This document shows positions 11,341 through 21,928 of a stretch of DNA of 23,041 nt, piece after piece. Source of the stretch: Alloascoidea hylecoeti (taxonomy: Eukaryota); contig BCKZ01000023.1 of the NCBI GenBank assembly GCA_001600815.1, positions 310,001-333,041 of the forward strand. The letters run 5' to 3'. The notes below the pieces were generated by a model. It saw only the letters and a program-made list of their open reading frames with translations, searched no databases and had not been told where the DNA came from. Position 1 is the stretch's first letter, and each line of letters begins with the position of its first letter. A program made the position numbers and the translations under genes.

Positions 11341-11511
11341 ATGGCCGCTCACAAACTCATCACTAGATCGTTTACATCAGGAACTCAAAACTCTATGAAG
11401 CGATTAACATCTAAATATATCACACTTGCATATTTAACCCTCGGTATTACAGTTCCCTTTGCTCTGCCTCTGAAAACAACACTGGAGAGTCACAATGAAC
11501 AAAGGAGGTGA
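11341..11511 (+). CDS. Putative 56-aa single-pass microprotein, possibly mitochondrial
   Basis: ATG in A-rich context (AAAAATATGG), with TATATAA ~80 bp upstream. Sequence MAAHKLITRSFTSGTQNSMKRLTSKYITLAYLTLGITVPFALPLKTTLESHNEQRR has a basic, acid-free N-terminus and one hydrophobic segment. Not in the ORF track; no family recognised. Confidence 0.5.
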   Translation: MAAHKLITRSFTSGTQNSMKRLTSKYITLAYLTLGITVPFALPLKTTLESHNEQRR

Positions 11512-12218
11512 GACTCTTCATGCTTAAGTGAAGTACTTTTTCAAATATGGACTCAAATATGAACTCAACATTTTCATATTTTATTCTTATGTTGCATTAT
11601 GGCGCTGCAGTGCAGGTCTTTCGTTTTGATATAATATAATGGCGCATGTTTATGACTATCTATATGGATCACTACAATAGGTTTTATTTATCGCAATTGT
11701 TTCTTGTTTTGGTTTTTATCCTTCCATGGTGGATTGAGTTTGATTTATTGCAAACGGAGTTTCTTTATAAAGCCTATGATTATAAAGATGTTAACTATTA
11801 TATAATTAACTCTATTCATGAAAATAATAAAAATGGCCTGATAATCTTTCTTTCATAAATACTTCTTAATTTTTTAATAAATTCATATGCATGTTAGATA
11901 TTTGACAAAACCAACTTAAGCCCTTTGATTTTAAATCCGGGATATAAAAAAAATAAACTACGAGTAGCTTTTATTATCGAGATGGAACAAAGATATATTG
12001 AACTGTAACAAATGTTCCCATTTATTTTTAACTTTACGTATAATTTCAATTAATTATGTGTATTCCGCCTAAGGTTATTCTTTCTATAAGTTCTTGCAAT
12101 TGACTTATCTTTCTTCGTTATCTCTTCATTTGTTCCTTTAGCTTGACTTTTAAAAACAAATTTCGCATACGGTTGCATATAAATGATCCAAAAGAAGAAA
12201 GAATTTCATAAAAGCAAA

Positions 12219-12292
12219 GGTCTCTTGGCCCAGTTGGTTAAGGCACCGTGCTAATAACGCGGGGATCAGCAGTTCGATCCTGCTAGAGACCA
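12219..12292 (+). tRNA. tRNA-Ile (anticodon AAT/IAU)
   Basis: 74-nt cloverleaf GGTCTCT...AGAGACCA, anticodon loop CTAATAA, T-loop TTCGATC, Pol III terminator TTTTT at 12295-12299. Confidence 0.98.
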
Positions 12293-12299
12293 TCTTTTT

Positions 12300-12700
12300 C
12301 TAGATCCCTATTTCTTCCTCTGTAAAAAGATCCCAGCAGTTTTTTCATCCTGCTTCAGTACTCTTTTTATTACGTTTTTCTGGCCAATCTGGAATAATGG
12401 GGTTCAGTTTAGCCTTAATGGCCACTTCAAAAAAAAAAAAGTTACATAAATCTTGGAAGGGGTTTGAAAACAACTTTTTTTTGGTTTTTTTTATCACACT
12501 CTTATTATCAACTGTCACATTATCTTATTCTCAATTTATTGATATTAATCTTATCCATTCCTAACCCACGTTTCATTTACTCACACTTATTTATCCTTCT
12601 TAACTTTATGACTTTACTTCTTATTACACACATTTTCTATTTATCCGTTTTGACATAAAGAGAACTAATATTGCCGCTCATTTATAAATCAACATAGCTA
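12300..12700 (+). mobile_element. Possible degenerate LINE 3' end just downstream of tRNA-Ile copy 1
   Basis: An ATG-less open frame contains LFITFFWPIWNNGVQFSLNG, resembling the L1 ORF2 terminal W.IW..RN...F motif. Weak, single-motif evidence. Confidence 0.3.
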
Positions 12701-13019
12701 TTAATAAAATACAATTCATGTCATCTTTGACTTCCAATAGTTCTACCCCAACTTCTTCCAATGGTGGCGGAGCTACCATTTCAGGTAGTTAATACTCTGT
12801 ATTGATATTATATAACATTGACTTTACAAATAATGATTCTACACAGCATATAATAACAATACAAAATATTAACTACCTGAAACCTACTATCCTAGCCTTC
12901 TGTTAATTCATCAACAGCTTTCAAATATATATTCTATGTTTTATTATCATCACTTTTATGAAGTGTTCCCTTAGGAGGTATTGGTAATCTATAAATTTCT
13001 TAATATGAATATAGATTTT

Positions 13020-13590
13020 ATATTTACAAAGGGGATGATACCAATAGTACATTGTAGTCACCTTTCCAGATGTCTATGGCTTGCAACTTTATATTCAGAC
13101 AAGCTCTAGCCTTGTAAAGTTGCTAAATCATTGCCATTTGATTGTCTTCAAGAAACAAAACAATCATACAGAAAGTTTGTAGTCCCTCGCCATATTCATT
13201 GGGATTTGATGGATCAGGTTGCTAGGCCTTAGTTCTTGACGTGTTTCTAGAGCTTTTGTACTTATTGACGGTTTAAGGTTCCTTTATAATTTCCTGTATT
13301 TGGGATTTTTTAATGGGCAAGATTGCGTTTGATAGTTCAGTTTAAAAAAGTTTAAAGCTTTTAAGCATTCTCTTACGAATATTATACTAATGATTTGATT
13401 ACGTATAGAATCTTTAATAAGTTGGTCAACATCTGATTTCGAAATAGGTGTTTCTAGGTGGTAGAATCCTTTCCTTATTTTCTTTTCATAATTATGGATA
13501 AAAAGACCTTTATTTTACTTTTTTTTGTACTTAATCATTTTAATGTAAATTGTACTAGCTGATCAATAGCTGAATAAAAAGAATTAAAGA
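13020..13590 (-). mobile_element. Stacked short LINE 3'-terminal remnants
   Basis: Minus-strand peptides KALETRQELR (~13228-13258) and NKGLFIHNYEKKIRKG (~13465-13515) resemble KNGAFIKKALELRKNIR at the end of the 14305-15081 ORF2. 13519-13584 is a diverged copy of the A-tailed 3' end at 13597-13664. Confidence 0.45.
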
Positions 13591-13596
13591 AAAGTG

Positions 13597-14150
13597 TTTT
13601 TTTTTTCACCTAATCATTTTATTATAAATTATACTTGCTAATCTATAAGAGGATAAAAAGAATATTTGAATAATTTTATATATATAACAAAGGTTTAAAT
13701 ACCTGTGTGGTAAAACCAAGTCTGATATCATATCTAATATGATCAACTACTTTATTTGTATTTCAGAATTAATTTATGTTTTTCCATTTTCGCAAACTTG
13801 ATAATTGAAGAGGACTTGTTAAATCAATAGAACTAAAGCGTCTAAGGACCAGTATATTCCATATTACCTCCACAGTAAGGCATATGTGCTTTATAAACTG
13901 AGAATCTTCCAAGGATGGATAAATCAAATCATTCAAGCATAGACTTTTCCAATAAGAGAGTTAAAAATATTGTAGTTTTTATTGGACAGCTATTAAAGAC
14001 ATGTTCTTCCGTTCCAGTACCGTTTTGTAAGCATAGGATACATTTGTCTAACTTACCATTTGATTGATCCACTGCCGGGGAGTCTAATGATGAGTGTGAT
14101 GTCTAAGATTAAAAGGATGTAAAAAATCTACGGACCCCGGATCAATGAAA
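13597..14150 (-). mobile_element. 5'-truncated, degenerate L1-like non-LTR retrotransposon (ORF2 C-terminus + 3'UTR + A10 tail)
   Basis: DPGSVDFLHPFNLRH, a CCHC knuckle KCILCLQNGTGTEEHVFNSCP (13983-14045) and EVIWNILVLRRFS, with frameshifts between them. A-tail at 13597-13606. Confidence 0.75.
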
Positions 14151-14176
14151 TTAAAAATTTAAAAGTTCACAAAAGA

Positions 14177-14250
14177 TGGTCTCTAGCAGGATCGAACTGC
14201 TGATCCCCGCGTTATTAGCACGGTGCCTTAACCAACTGGGCCAAGAGACC
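14177..14250 (-). tRNA. tRNA-Ile (anticodon AAT/IAU), identical to the copy at 12219-12292
   Basis: Exact reverse complement of copy 1, followed by TCTTTT on its own strand. Confidence 0.98.
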
Positions 14251-14304
14251 TTTACGGTTCTTTTTCGACCTTTCATATATTTTACTATTAAATTATATAA
14301 CTAG

Positions 14305-15305
14305 AGAATAGGTGATTTATTAAATAATACCAACCTAAGTTTACACTCAGTTATTCCAGTAAATCCGAGCAATAAGTTTAAAGGGAGATTAATTACATAC
14401 TTGAAAGCGTGGAGAGTAATAATAAATAACACAAAACTAAGAAATATACCAACTACTGAAACGGTACCAAAACTGACAAATGAAGCGTTACAAAAACTGG
14501 TAGAAAACCCAGGAGGAGAAGATATCGAAAAAAGAATAAAAGACATGGAAGAAGAAAACATATCCAAATACTCGATTAAATCAATAAGCCAAAAGTGGTA
14601 TAATAAAAACAAAATTATATTGAAACCAAGCAAATGGATGCAGTTAATTCCGGAACTAAAAAATGAAAATTGGAAGAAATGGTGGGGATTTATCAAAGAC
14701 ACATATAAGGAACACCCTGAGGAGACACAATGGATATATTTCCTCAGCTTGGGATATGTTACTCATATGCTACATCATAACAAAAAAGCAAAACAATGGT
14801 GGCAAAAATCTGATATTTGTAGTTTATGTCGACAAGGTAAAGACGACATATTACATCTATTTGAAGATTGCTCAACAATAAGAATACTAAAGAAGTTGAT
14901 GTTAGGAAGCGAAAGAATTGGGATCAAATTATTGATCATAAATATAGAAGATAACAATATAGAAAAAAATGGGGCTTTTATCAAAAAGGCACTAGAGCTA
15001 AGAAAAAATATTAGATTTACAGGGACACCACCACAAATATTAAATGTGATTGATTGGGGGCGGGGGGATTCTAATATCTAAAAACTTGAAAAAGTAAAAA
15101 ATATCTAAAAAAAAAAAAAATTATTTTAAAGGTGGTCTAGGTACATAAGAAGAGAAGAAAGAAGAGTGTCAAGAATACACAAAAATAAGAAGAATAGAAA
15201 GAGAGGTTTTTATTTCACTATATATAGTAGAGATTTCCTCAGAATTTACATAGTTTCTAGTTATGTAATTTAATTGGAAAATATATGAAAAGTTAAAAAA
15301 AAAAA
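14305..15305 (+). mobile_element. 5'-truncated L1-clade-like LINE (Zorro/Ylli-type): uninterrupted ORF2 C-terminal portion + 3'UTR + A-tail
   Basis: The frame is open from 14305 to the stop at 15081 with no initiating ATG. It includes YLKAW, WKKWW and a zf-RVT-type CCHC motif CSLCRQGKDDILHLFEDC (14818-14871). The purine-rich 3'UTR ends in A11 at 15295-15305. A related second copy lies at 15737-16505. Confidence 0.85.
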
Positions 15306-15625
15306 GATACTGTAAAGTTAAAAAAAAATATTCTATTCCTGAAACACATTTCACAGTTCTTGAAATAGCTCAATTCGGGGATATATACATATTGTATTTC
15401 ATTCTTACCGCACATTTAATATCTTATTATGTTTACTACTTCTAGGACTTTCTATATTAATAGCTGTTAGATTGATCTATATAAACATAAGATGAATCCC
15501 ACTTTAAAGGGAATTAAGTAAGTTTTAATACACTTTTTATCTTGATCTTAATAAGCCGAGTATCTGTTGATTTAGATACCTAAGTAAGTTATTAACTAGT
15601 TCCAACGCTTACTTTACAGTGAGAA

Positions 15626-15735
15626 TGTAAAGGAACTCATTATTCGACTATTCTTTGATTATTATTTCTTGTCTATATTAGGATGTAGTAAAGAAATAAT
15701 AATCAAAGAATAGTCAAATAATGAGTTCCTTTACA
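15626..15735. repeat. Short inverted repeat (45-bp arms, 20-bp spacer, 1 mismatch)
   Basis: 15626-15670 pairs with 15691-15735; the only mismatch is C15645/A15716. Confidence 0.95.
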
Positions 15736-15736
15736 C

Positions 15737-16505
15737 TTTAACCTTTTATATATTTTTTCAATTAAATTATATATATGGTGAAATAAAAATCTCTTTAACC
15801 ATTCTTCTTATTATTTTTGTATATTCTTGATATATCACTCTTCTGTTCTTATATTTCTTTACCTAGACCAAAGTAATTACTTTTTTTTTATTTTTTTACT
15901 TTTTTATTTTTTTATTTTTTGAAAAAAACCCCATTTTATTCTTTTTTCGATATCTTCTCCTGCTGGGTTTTCTACCAGTTTTTGTAACGCTTCATTTGTC
16001 AGTTTTGGTACCGTTTCTGTAGTTGGTATAATTCTTTTTTTTGTATTATTGATAATGGATTTCAAGTATGTAATCAATCTTCCTTTAACTTATTTGGAGT
16101 TAATGATATAACTGAGTCTAAACTTAGGTTGGTATTATTCAATAAATCATCTATCAAAATATTATACCATTGATAATTCAACTCTGTATGATGATTATCT
16201 CTTGAGTTTCCTGATTTTTACTTACTGCTTCCTTTAATTTTGGAGCATACATATGGATTTATATGTTTACATCCCTCTATGACCATAATATCTTTAACTA
16301 ATTGTTGTTTTATCAGTTTAATTATTTTATTTTTTCAAATTCAGCATTGAATTCTTAAAATGGGAACACTAAGATAAGTCAGATTCTTCAGATCTTCTGT
16401 TTTATAATTTAAAGCTGATTTGAATATTCGATCTTCTCTTCTCCTTTGACTTTCATCATTGAAATAAAATTTGTACAATTTTGATTGATTTACTCGCTTC
16501 ATGTC
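15737..16505 (-). mobile_element. Degenerate, internally deleted second copy of the same LINE family, inverted relative to 14305-15305
   Basis: 15934-16155 is a reverse-complement homolog of 14308-14541, and 15737-15930 matches the 3'UTR. About 0.5 kb including the CCHC motif is missing. Further 5' there are late RT-domain remnants MKRVNQSK and LTYLSVPI (the L..N..K and YLG.P motifs). Confidence 0.82.
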
Positions 16506-19200
16506 AATAACTTTCCTCTATGCAACTCGATGCATACAATAGTATGCAAATATTTGGCCTTTTTAATAACAATGGAACATGAGGATTGTGACGGAGGAAG
16601 AGATATTGTTCCACAGAAAAATCACCGCAAAACCAATATATAAGACATCATTATTATCGGAATGTGTCCTCCTCTTCTGTTGTTTTTTATTTGCACCATA
16701 ATTACGGAACTTCAAATATATGACTACCATATACATGTAACTTATAGACCGACAGAATCATTCAAGTTGGTTAACTAATTTGACAGGTTATGTTCATCAG
16801 AAATTACCCTCAAAAGCATCGAAAAGCATTTTCTCGTTCCTTCTCAACGCTAGCTGGCAAGGGTGGGCTTCTGATTCCGAACCGGTTCTAGAAGAATATG
16901 TAGCCTCAACGCCATTATTAATATTTAGTCGCGTATCCTAGTTGAACTCTTGCGTGGTCAACTCTTTCGAACTTTGCGAGTTTAACATTCTTTTTCTTAA
17001 TGTACTGCTTATGTTTGGTCTACTTTATAAAGTTTTCTTTTATGTGGTAGGAAGTTCAAGCTTAGGAAGATATGTTCCACGTTTATATAATTATAAAGTT
17101 TGACTCTAAGTCAATTTGTAATTAATATATTGTAAACCTATTAATACACTTGACCAGTATTATAATTATAAGTAATTAATTGCCAGACTTCCCATAAACC
17201 TATTTAGTATTAGTAGCCAAATGGAGCCACATCCACGTACCTAGTTCTCGCTAAACATTAGGATACTTAAACCTAATGACCAATGAGATGATGGAAGATT
17301 CTTCATAGACATTGGGGCACTGGATAGTCATGGCAAAAGTTTCAACATCAATGTCTGGAAAATTAGAAAACACAATATATATATTAATACTGATTGATAT
17401 GTTTTTATAATTTGAGAAACTGTACTAATACGATGAATTAATTTTATTAACCTAGCTTCTACTGAAAATGACAAGTTTGAAGAAGAAGAAGAAAAAAAAA
17501 CAGCAGAAACTGTTAAAGTCCTGTTCTCCCAGTTGCGTCAAAAATCCAATCGACTCTTTAGTGAACTGTTCTAAGAGTTTAATATATCCAATAGAAACTT
17601 CTAGATTTCCTTTCATATAATCACCCCCTTAGAAATATTTTTTGTGACAGTCGAATTCGAAAATAAGGAATAGGATCCGATCAAGAACTAGAGTAACTAC
17701 TTTCACCAATTGCAATGTATTCACACTTGATGTATAGTACAGTGATTTATACAACCAATTATCCCAGCTTTATAAAATAAATCTATAAACAGTAGAATCG
17801 ATGTTCGCCCACAGAATCATTATGATGAATATTAGAATAGAGTGGTTGTTGGAACGGCTGAGACATCCATGCATCCTACTCAACTAAGAAACAATAAATT
17901 ATTAATATTTGGAGGTGAGCCAAGAAAAGAAGTAATTACACTTGAGTAGTCAAATAATAGATAGGACTATGTGAAACCATACCATCGTTTTAATTGAACA
18001 TTAATTGTGTATACCCGGCTGGGAAAACCTAAGCGCTCTTTTATGTGAGCTTATGTGTACATGATGTGGTAAAATTTTGTATTGTAATTCTATACCATGC
18101 GGTATCAGGATACCCAGTATGGTGCTAAATGGGTACCAATATAGGGCTTCTGGGCTAAGTAATATCCATGATAAAGAGTAGGCAATCATTTTTCACAAAA
18201 AGAAGATATGTGAATCTCAACAACGTTATATGGAAGCTGATATCTAAATCTTATTAATTCTACATGAATTTTAAGAAATTCTATTGCACTTTATTTATTT
18301 GGTACCATTATTTTCAAGATATGGGTCAGACACTTAGATTAATGCAGCGACCAAGTATCGGTATAAGTATCATTACAAAACAAATATTTTCATTAAAGCA
18401 GAAATAATAATGATCCAGCAACATCGTTTTTATTAAACATTAGTTTGAACTTTCGTGTGTTAGATGATAATATTTAGCATTGAAGAAAGCTTTTGATCGA
18501 TGAAAACTAACCTGATTACCTTATAGCGTTGTTGCAAATAACCGGAACTCCATAACAAGGTATATTTCTCAGTCTATCGGTTCCGTTATACCACTGCAGT
18601 TATAAAAAATTAGACTAGTATACCAACCTATTTTACAAAACAAGTACTTGTATCTAATATCTATAGAATTCGCAATCCCTATATAATTAATATTATTAGG
18701 TGTAATGAGCTACAAGTTATATTTATATTATAATACATATACCTTTTTATTGAGACAGCTACATTAAAAATGTGGCACCATACTCGTCACTACTTAAGAG
18801 TGCGACTATTCAATTTACATATAGTCATCCCTCTAATTAATTGGATATCGTTATAAATAGCTAGCCTACATGGTTTTATATGGAAATGGAAGAGAGTACT
18901 CTTCAGCTGAATTGGAAAAGATCCTGAATCAAATTGTCTGTCGCTCTTTAAAAATTGGACTGCTGTTTTCCTGATTTTATTGTAAATATGCTGATTACCC
19001 CGTTGGGTAATTATTCTTTTACCTAGTATTCAAGGAGGTTCTGCGACAAACCTAATTTGCAGACTCAAAAAGCAAAATGCATATGTCAATTTAAAGAAAG
19101 GATATTTGATTATAAGAGTATTGTTATTTGGATTAATCCATGAATAAACAAATAACAATTTTAAATTGGAATGGATTAAAGGAAATCAATAGAATCATTT

Positions 19201-19334
19201 CGAAGGTTCTAGATATCTTTCTATACCTCCGTACACCCGATTGTCGTGATTGAATATTACTTCTAAACTAACCAACTTAGTTAGCTAGAATTTTCTACTT
19301 AGATAGTAGTTTACTTTTGAGATGAGTATATAAA
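19201..19334 (+). promoter_or_regulatory. Heat-shock elements and TATA box of the Hsp20 gene
   Basis: cGAAggTTCtaGAt at 19201-19214, aGAAttTTCt at 19287-19296 and TATATAAA at 19327-19334, which begins 117 bp before the ATG. Confidence 0.7.
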
Positions 19335-19443
19335 GACAGGTTATAGCCCTTAAATACTTATTGGTTTTCATAATAATAATCATACCTTCTTACAATTACA
19401 CATTATTACAAGCAACATAAATATTAAATTATAACAATTATAA

Positions 19444-19995
19444 ATGTCATTTTACTACTCACCAATTTGGGATTTTGTTGATTCAATCACAGATCAAGTT
19501 GATTCATTAAACAAAGAATTAAAAGATGCTGGTGTTACACGAGAAAACTATAGTAATCAAAATAAAAAACAAGTTTCTAAATCGAATAACAATAAATTAG
19601 ATAGGTGGGATCCTTTCCCCATAAAAATTAGTAATAATATTGATGGATTATTTACACCAGCAATTGATGTTTATAATAGTGATAAGCAAATCGAAGTATA
19701 TGCTTCTATTCCCGGTTCAGCTCAAAAGAATATTAATGTTGACTTTGACTCTAAATCAAATCAATTAACAATTAGTGGTGAAACAGAATCATCAACAGAA
19801 GAAAAGAAAAAAGATTTAACAATTAAAGAAAGAAGCAGTGGAAAATTTAAAAGAACAGTTAAACTATCAAAAGATATTGAAGTTGATGAAGAAAATATTA
19901 AGGCGAAATATAATAATGGAGTTTTAGGGTTAACTATTCCAAGGAAGGCAGAATCTATTGCTCCGAAGAGAAAGATTACTATTACAAACTTATAA
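19444..19995 (+). CDS. Small heat shock protein (Hsp20/alpha-crystallin domain), Hsp26/Hsp16-like; 183 aa
   Basis: PAIDVY, ASIPG, LTISGE, ERSSGKFKRTVKL and IKAKYNNGVLGLTIPR motifs. Confidence 0.95.
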   Translation: MSFYYSPIWDFVDSITDQVDSLNKELKDAGVTRENYSNQNKKQVSKSNNNKLDRWDPFPIKISNNIDGLFTPAIDVYNSDKQIEVYASIPGSAQKNINVDFDSKSNQLTISGETESSTEEKKKDLTIKERSSGKFKRTVKLSKDIEVDEENIKAKYNNGVLGLTIPRKAESIAPKRKITITNL

Positions 19996-20560
19996 TTAGG
20001 ATTAATTATATGGATTTGAATTTGCAATTAAATTATAGCTCTACATTTTATAAGACATAAAGTTAGCTATTATTTTTATTATTCATTGTTAATGTTTATT
20101 ATATATATCTTTTAATATAATTAATTATTAAAATAGTTTGCTTTTCAATAATATAAGCAAAGCACACTAAATACCTTGGAGTAGTAGAATCTTCTATTGA
20201 CTCGAAGTTTGGGAAAGAATTTGATAGTGGATGTTGGTTAGAAAAGAAGATATATACCGGTACAGTGTAAGCTTGCAACTTTCAACTTTTGAAGTAGTTT
20301 TCAAAGTAACACAATTATTCCAAAGGCAGTCAAAAACTATAGCTATAGGATAGGATAATTACCCTACATGTTAATTTCTAAATATTAATTTCTAAATATT
20401 AGCTATAGAATGGGTTATGTGCTTTACCTGTAGCTCAATATTAATATATCTATATAGGTTATCATTAATTATATATATATATTATTTTATTAAATTATAG
20501 ATAGATACGTTATATAGTTATTTTATGATCGTTAAATTTTATATTGTAATTAGAATAATT

Positions 20561-21928
20561 CTAAATTCCCATCGTGAACCATTCATGTTGTAATGCCTCT
20601 TCAGCAGTTATTCTTTTTGAAGGATCAATCGTAAGTAACTTTTTAAGCATATCTTTCATCGAATCTATAAATATGATTTCAGATTGATGTCTAGGTTTCC
20701 TTAAAAATGATGATTTAATTCCATCGAATACCTCATCTATACTTTCAGTTTCTGAAAACCGCTCTTTTGATTGTGACGATGAATCTGTATTTGGGAAATT
20801 TAGAACATATGGAAAGGTTACTCCACTTTCAGTCGGATCATAATCAAATACAAAATACTGAGATGCTTCTGATCTTTTTTGGATTGATTTTGCAATCATC
20901 TTGGGATCTATTTTTTTACTGAGCCTTTTTTCAATCATTGCAAGGTGCACGTCATCCTCATCTTCGCATATATCGAATAGTACTTGGCCAGTGATTAATT
21001 CGAACATCATACATCCTATTGACCACATGTCACAAGGATACGACCATCCTGTCCCAAGGATGACCTCAGGAGCTTGGTTGAGCAGACAAGACACCCTCTG
21101 AGGATGGCCTTCATTTTCCAACACAGCTAAACCAAAATCAATAAGAGTGACAGAAGAATCTGCTAAAAGCTTTCTTTTAGTCATTCCACTATCATGAACA
21201 AAGAATGAATTTGAATTGTTGAGTAATATGTTATCCAACTTCAGATCGGTATGGACTATCCCCGAATTGTGTACAAATGATATGGAACTAATCAACTGCT
21301 CCATCATCGATTGGACTTCTAACAAATTATAAGAACTAGCCATCACAGTATAAGGATTTAGATCATACTGAGTAATAGTTTTAGCCATATATGTATCCAA
21401 GTTGTCCCCCAACAAGTCGGACACAATACATATATGTCCCTTAAATACAAAACAATCTTTAATTTCCATACATCCATTTTGTTTGGATTGACCATCCCGG
21501 GATAGTTTTAATAAAATTCTAATTTCTTTTAAGATATTTAAAATAGTAAACTGTGTATTGTGATTGGAACTTGAAAGTATTGATTTGGATATTTTAATAG
21601 AGACATATTCTTTTGTTTCCGTATCATAAGCAGAAGTAACTCTTCCAAAACATCCTTGTCCCAGAATATTTTGAATTATATATTTTTGCGAAAACACAGA
21701 ACCTTTTTCTATAATATAATGGCCTTCATTATCATCACTGTATGTGTCATTGGTGCTAGTATGAGGGTCGTCTAGTGTTCTGATACTAGTTAATATTGCT
21801 CGAAGTTGAGTTGTTTGGGCATCCTCATCCAGAGTGATCTCATCATATTGCCATTTACTTTTTGGTAATAACTTTATAGCGACTGCCAGTGGAAGTGAAT
21901 CGAAATAATTATTGGAAACAGTAGTCAT
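20561..21928 (-). CDS. Divergent CLK/LAMMER (Kns1/Lkh1-related) protein kinase; 455 aa, intronless
   Basis: DDNEGHY pre-domain motif, LGQGCFG, VSIK, HTDLKLDNILL, DFG, APEVILGTGWSYPCDMWSIGC, VHLAMIEK (EHLAMMER box) and DPSKRITAEEALQHEWF. Confidence 0.92.
   Translation of the reverse strand: MTTVSNNYFDSLPLAVAIKLLPKSKWQYDEITLDEDAQTTQLRAILTSIRTLDDPHTSTNDTYSDDNEGHYIIEKGSVFSQKYIIQNILGQGCFGRVTSAYDTETKEYVSIKISKSILSSSNHNTQFTILNILKEIRILLKLSRDGQSKQNGCMEIKDCFVFKGHICIVSDLLGDNLDTYMAKTITQYDLNPYTVMASSYNLLEVQSMMEQLISSISFVHNSGIVHTDLKLDNILLNNSNSFFVHDSGMTKRKLLADSSVTLIDFGLAVLENEGHPQRVSCLLNQAPEVILGTGWSYPCDMWSIGCMMFELITGQVLFDICEDEDDVHLAMIEKRLSKKIDPKMIAKSIQKRSEASQYFVFDYDPTESGVTFPYVLNFPNTDSSSQSKERFSETESIDEVFDGIKSSFLRKPRHQSEIIFIDSMKDMLKKLLTIDPSKRITAEEALQHEWFTMGI

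Noticed and set aside
11646..12658. ORFs 11646-11858 and 12464-12658
   Set aside because: Low-complexity hydrophobic translations typical of AT-rich noncoding DNA.
12219..14250. Inverted tRNA pair as terminal inverted repeats of a DNA transposon, or as SINE heads
   Set aside because: No transposase and no target-site duplication. Both tRNAs are perfect, have T-run terminators, and have unrelated downstream sequence.
14280..15330. Target-site duplication around LINE copy A
   Set aside because: No matching direct repeat found at the two ends, so exact insertion boundaries remain approximate.
14301..15354. ORFs 14301-14702, 14663-14881, 14775-14984 and 15169-15354
   Set aside because: Antisense or off-frame shadows of the LINE ORF2 and its 3'UTR.
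16560..18200. Coding-like open stretches (e.g. ~16744-16941 on +, ~17230-17630 on -, ORF 18001-18189)
   Set aside because: Possibly decayed genes, but I recognise no motif and cannot support a call without a BLASTX search.
20371..20401. 14-bp tandem duplication TTAATTTCTAAATA x2
   Set aside because: Ordinary slippage in AT-rich intergenic DNA.
19761..21101. ORFs 19761-20027 and 20901-21101
   Set aside because: Antisense to Hsp20 and to the kinase.
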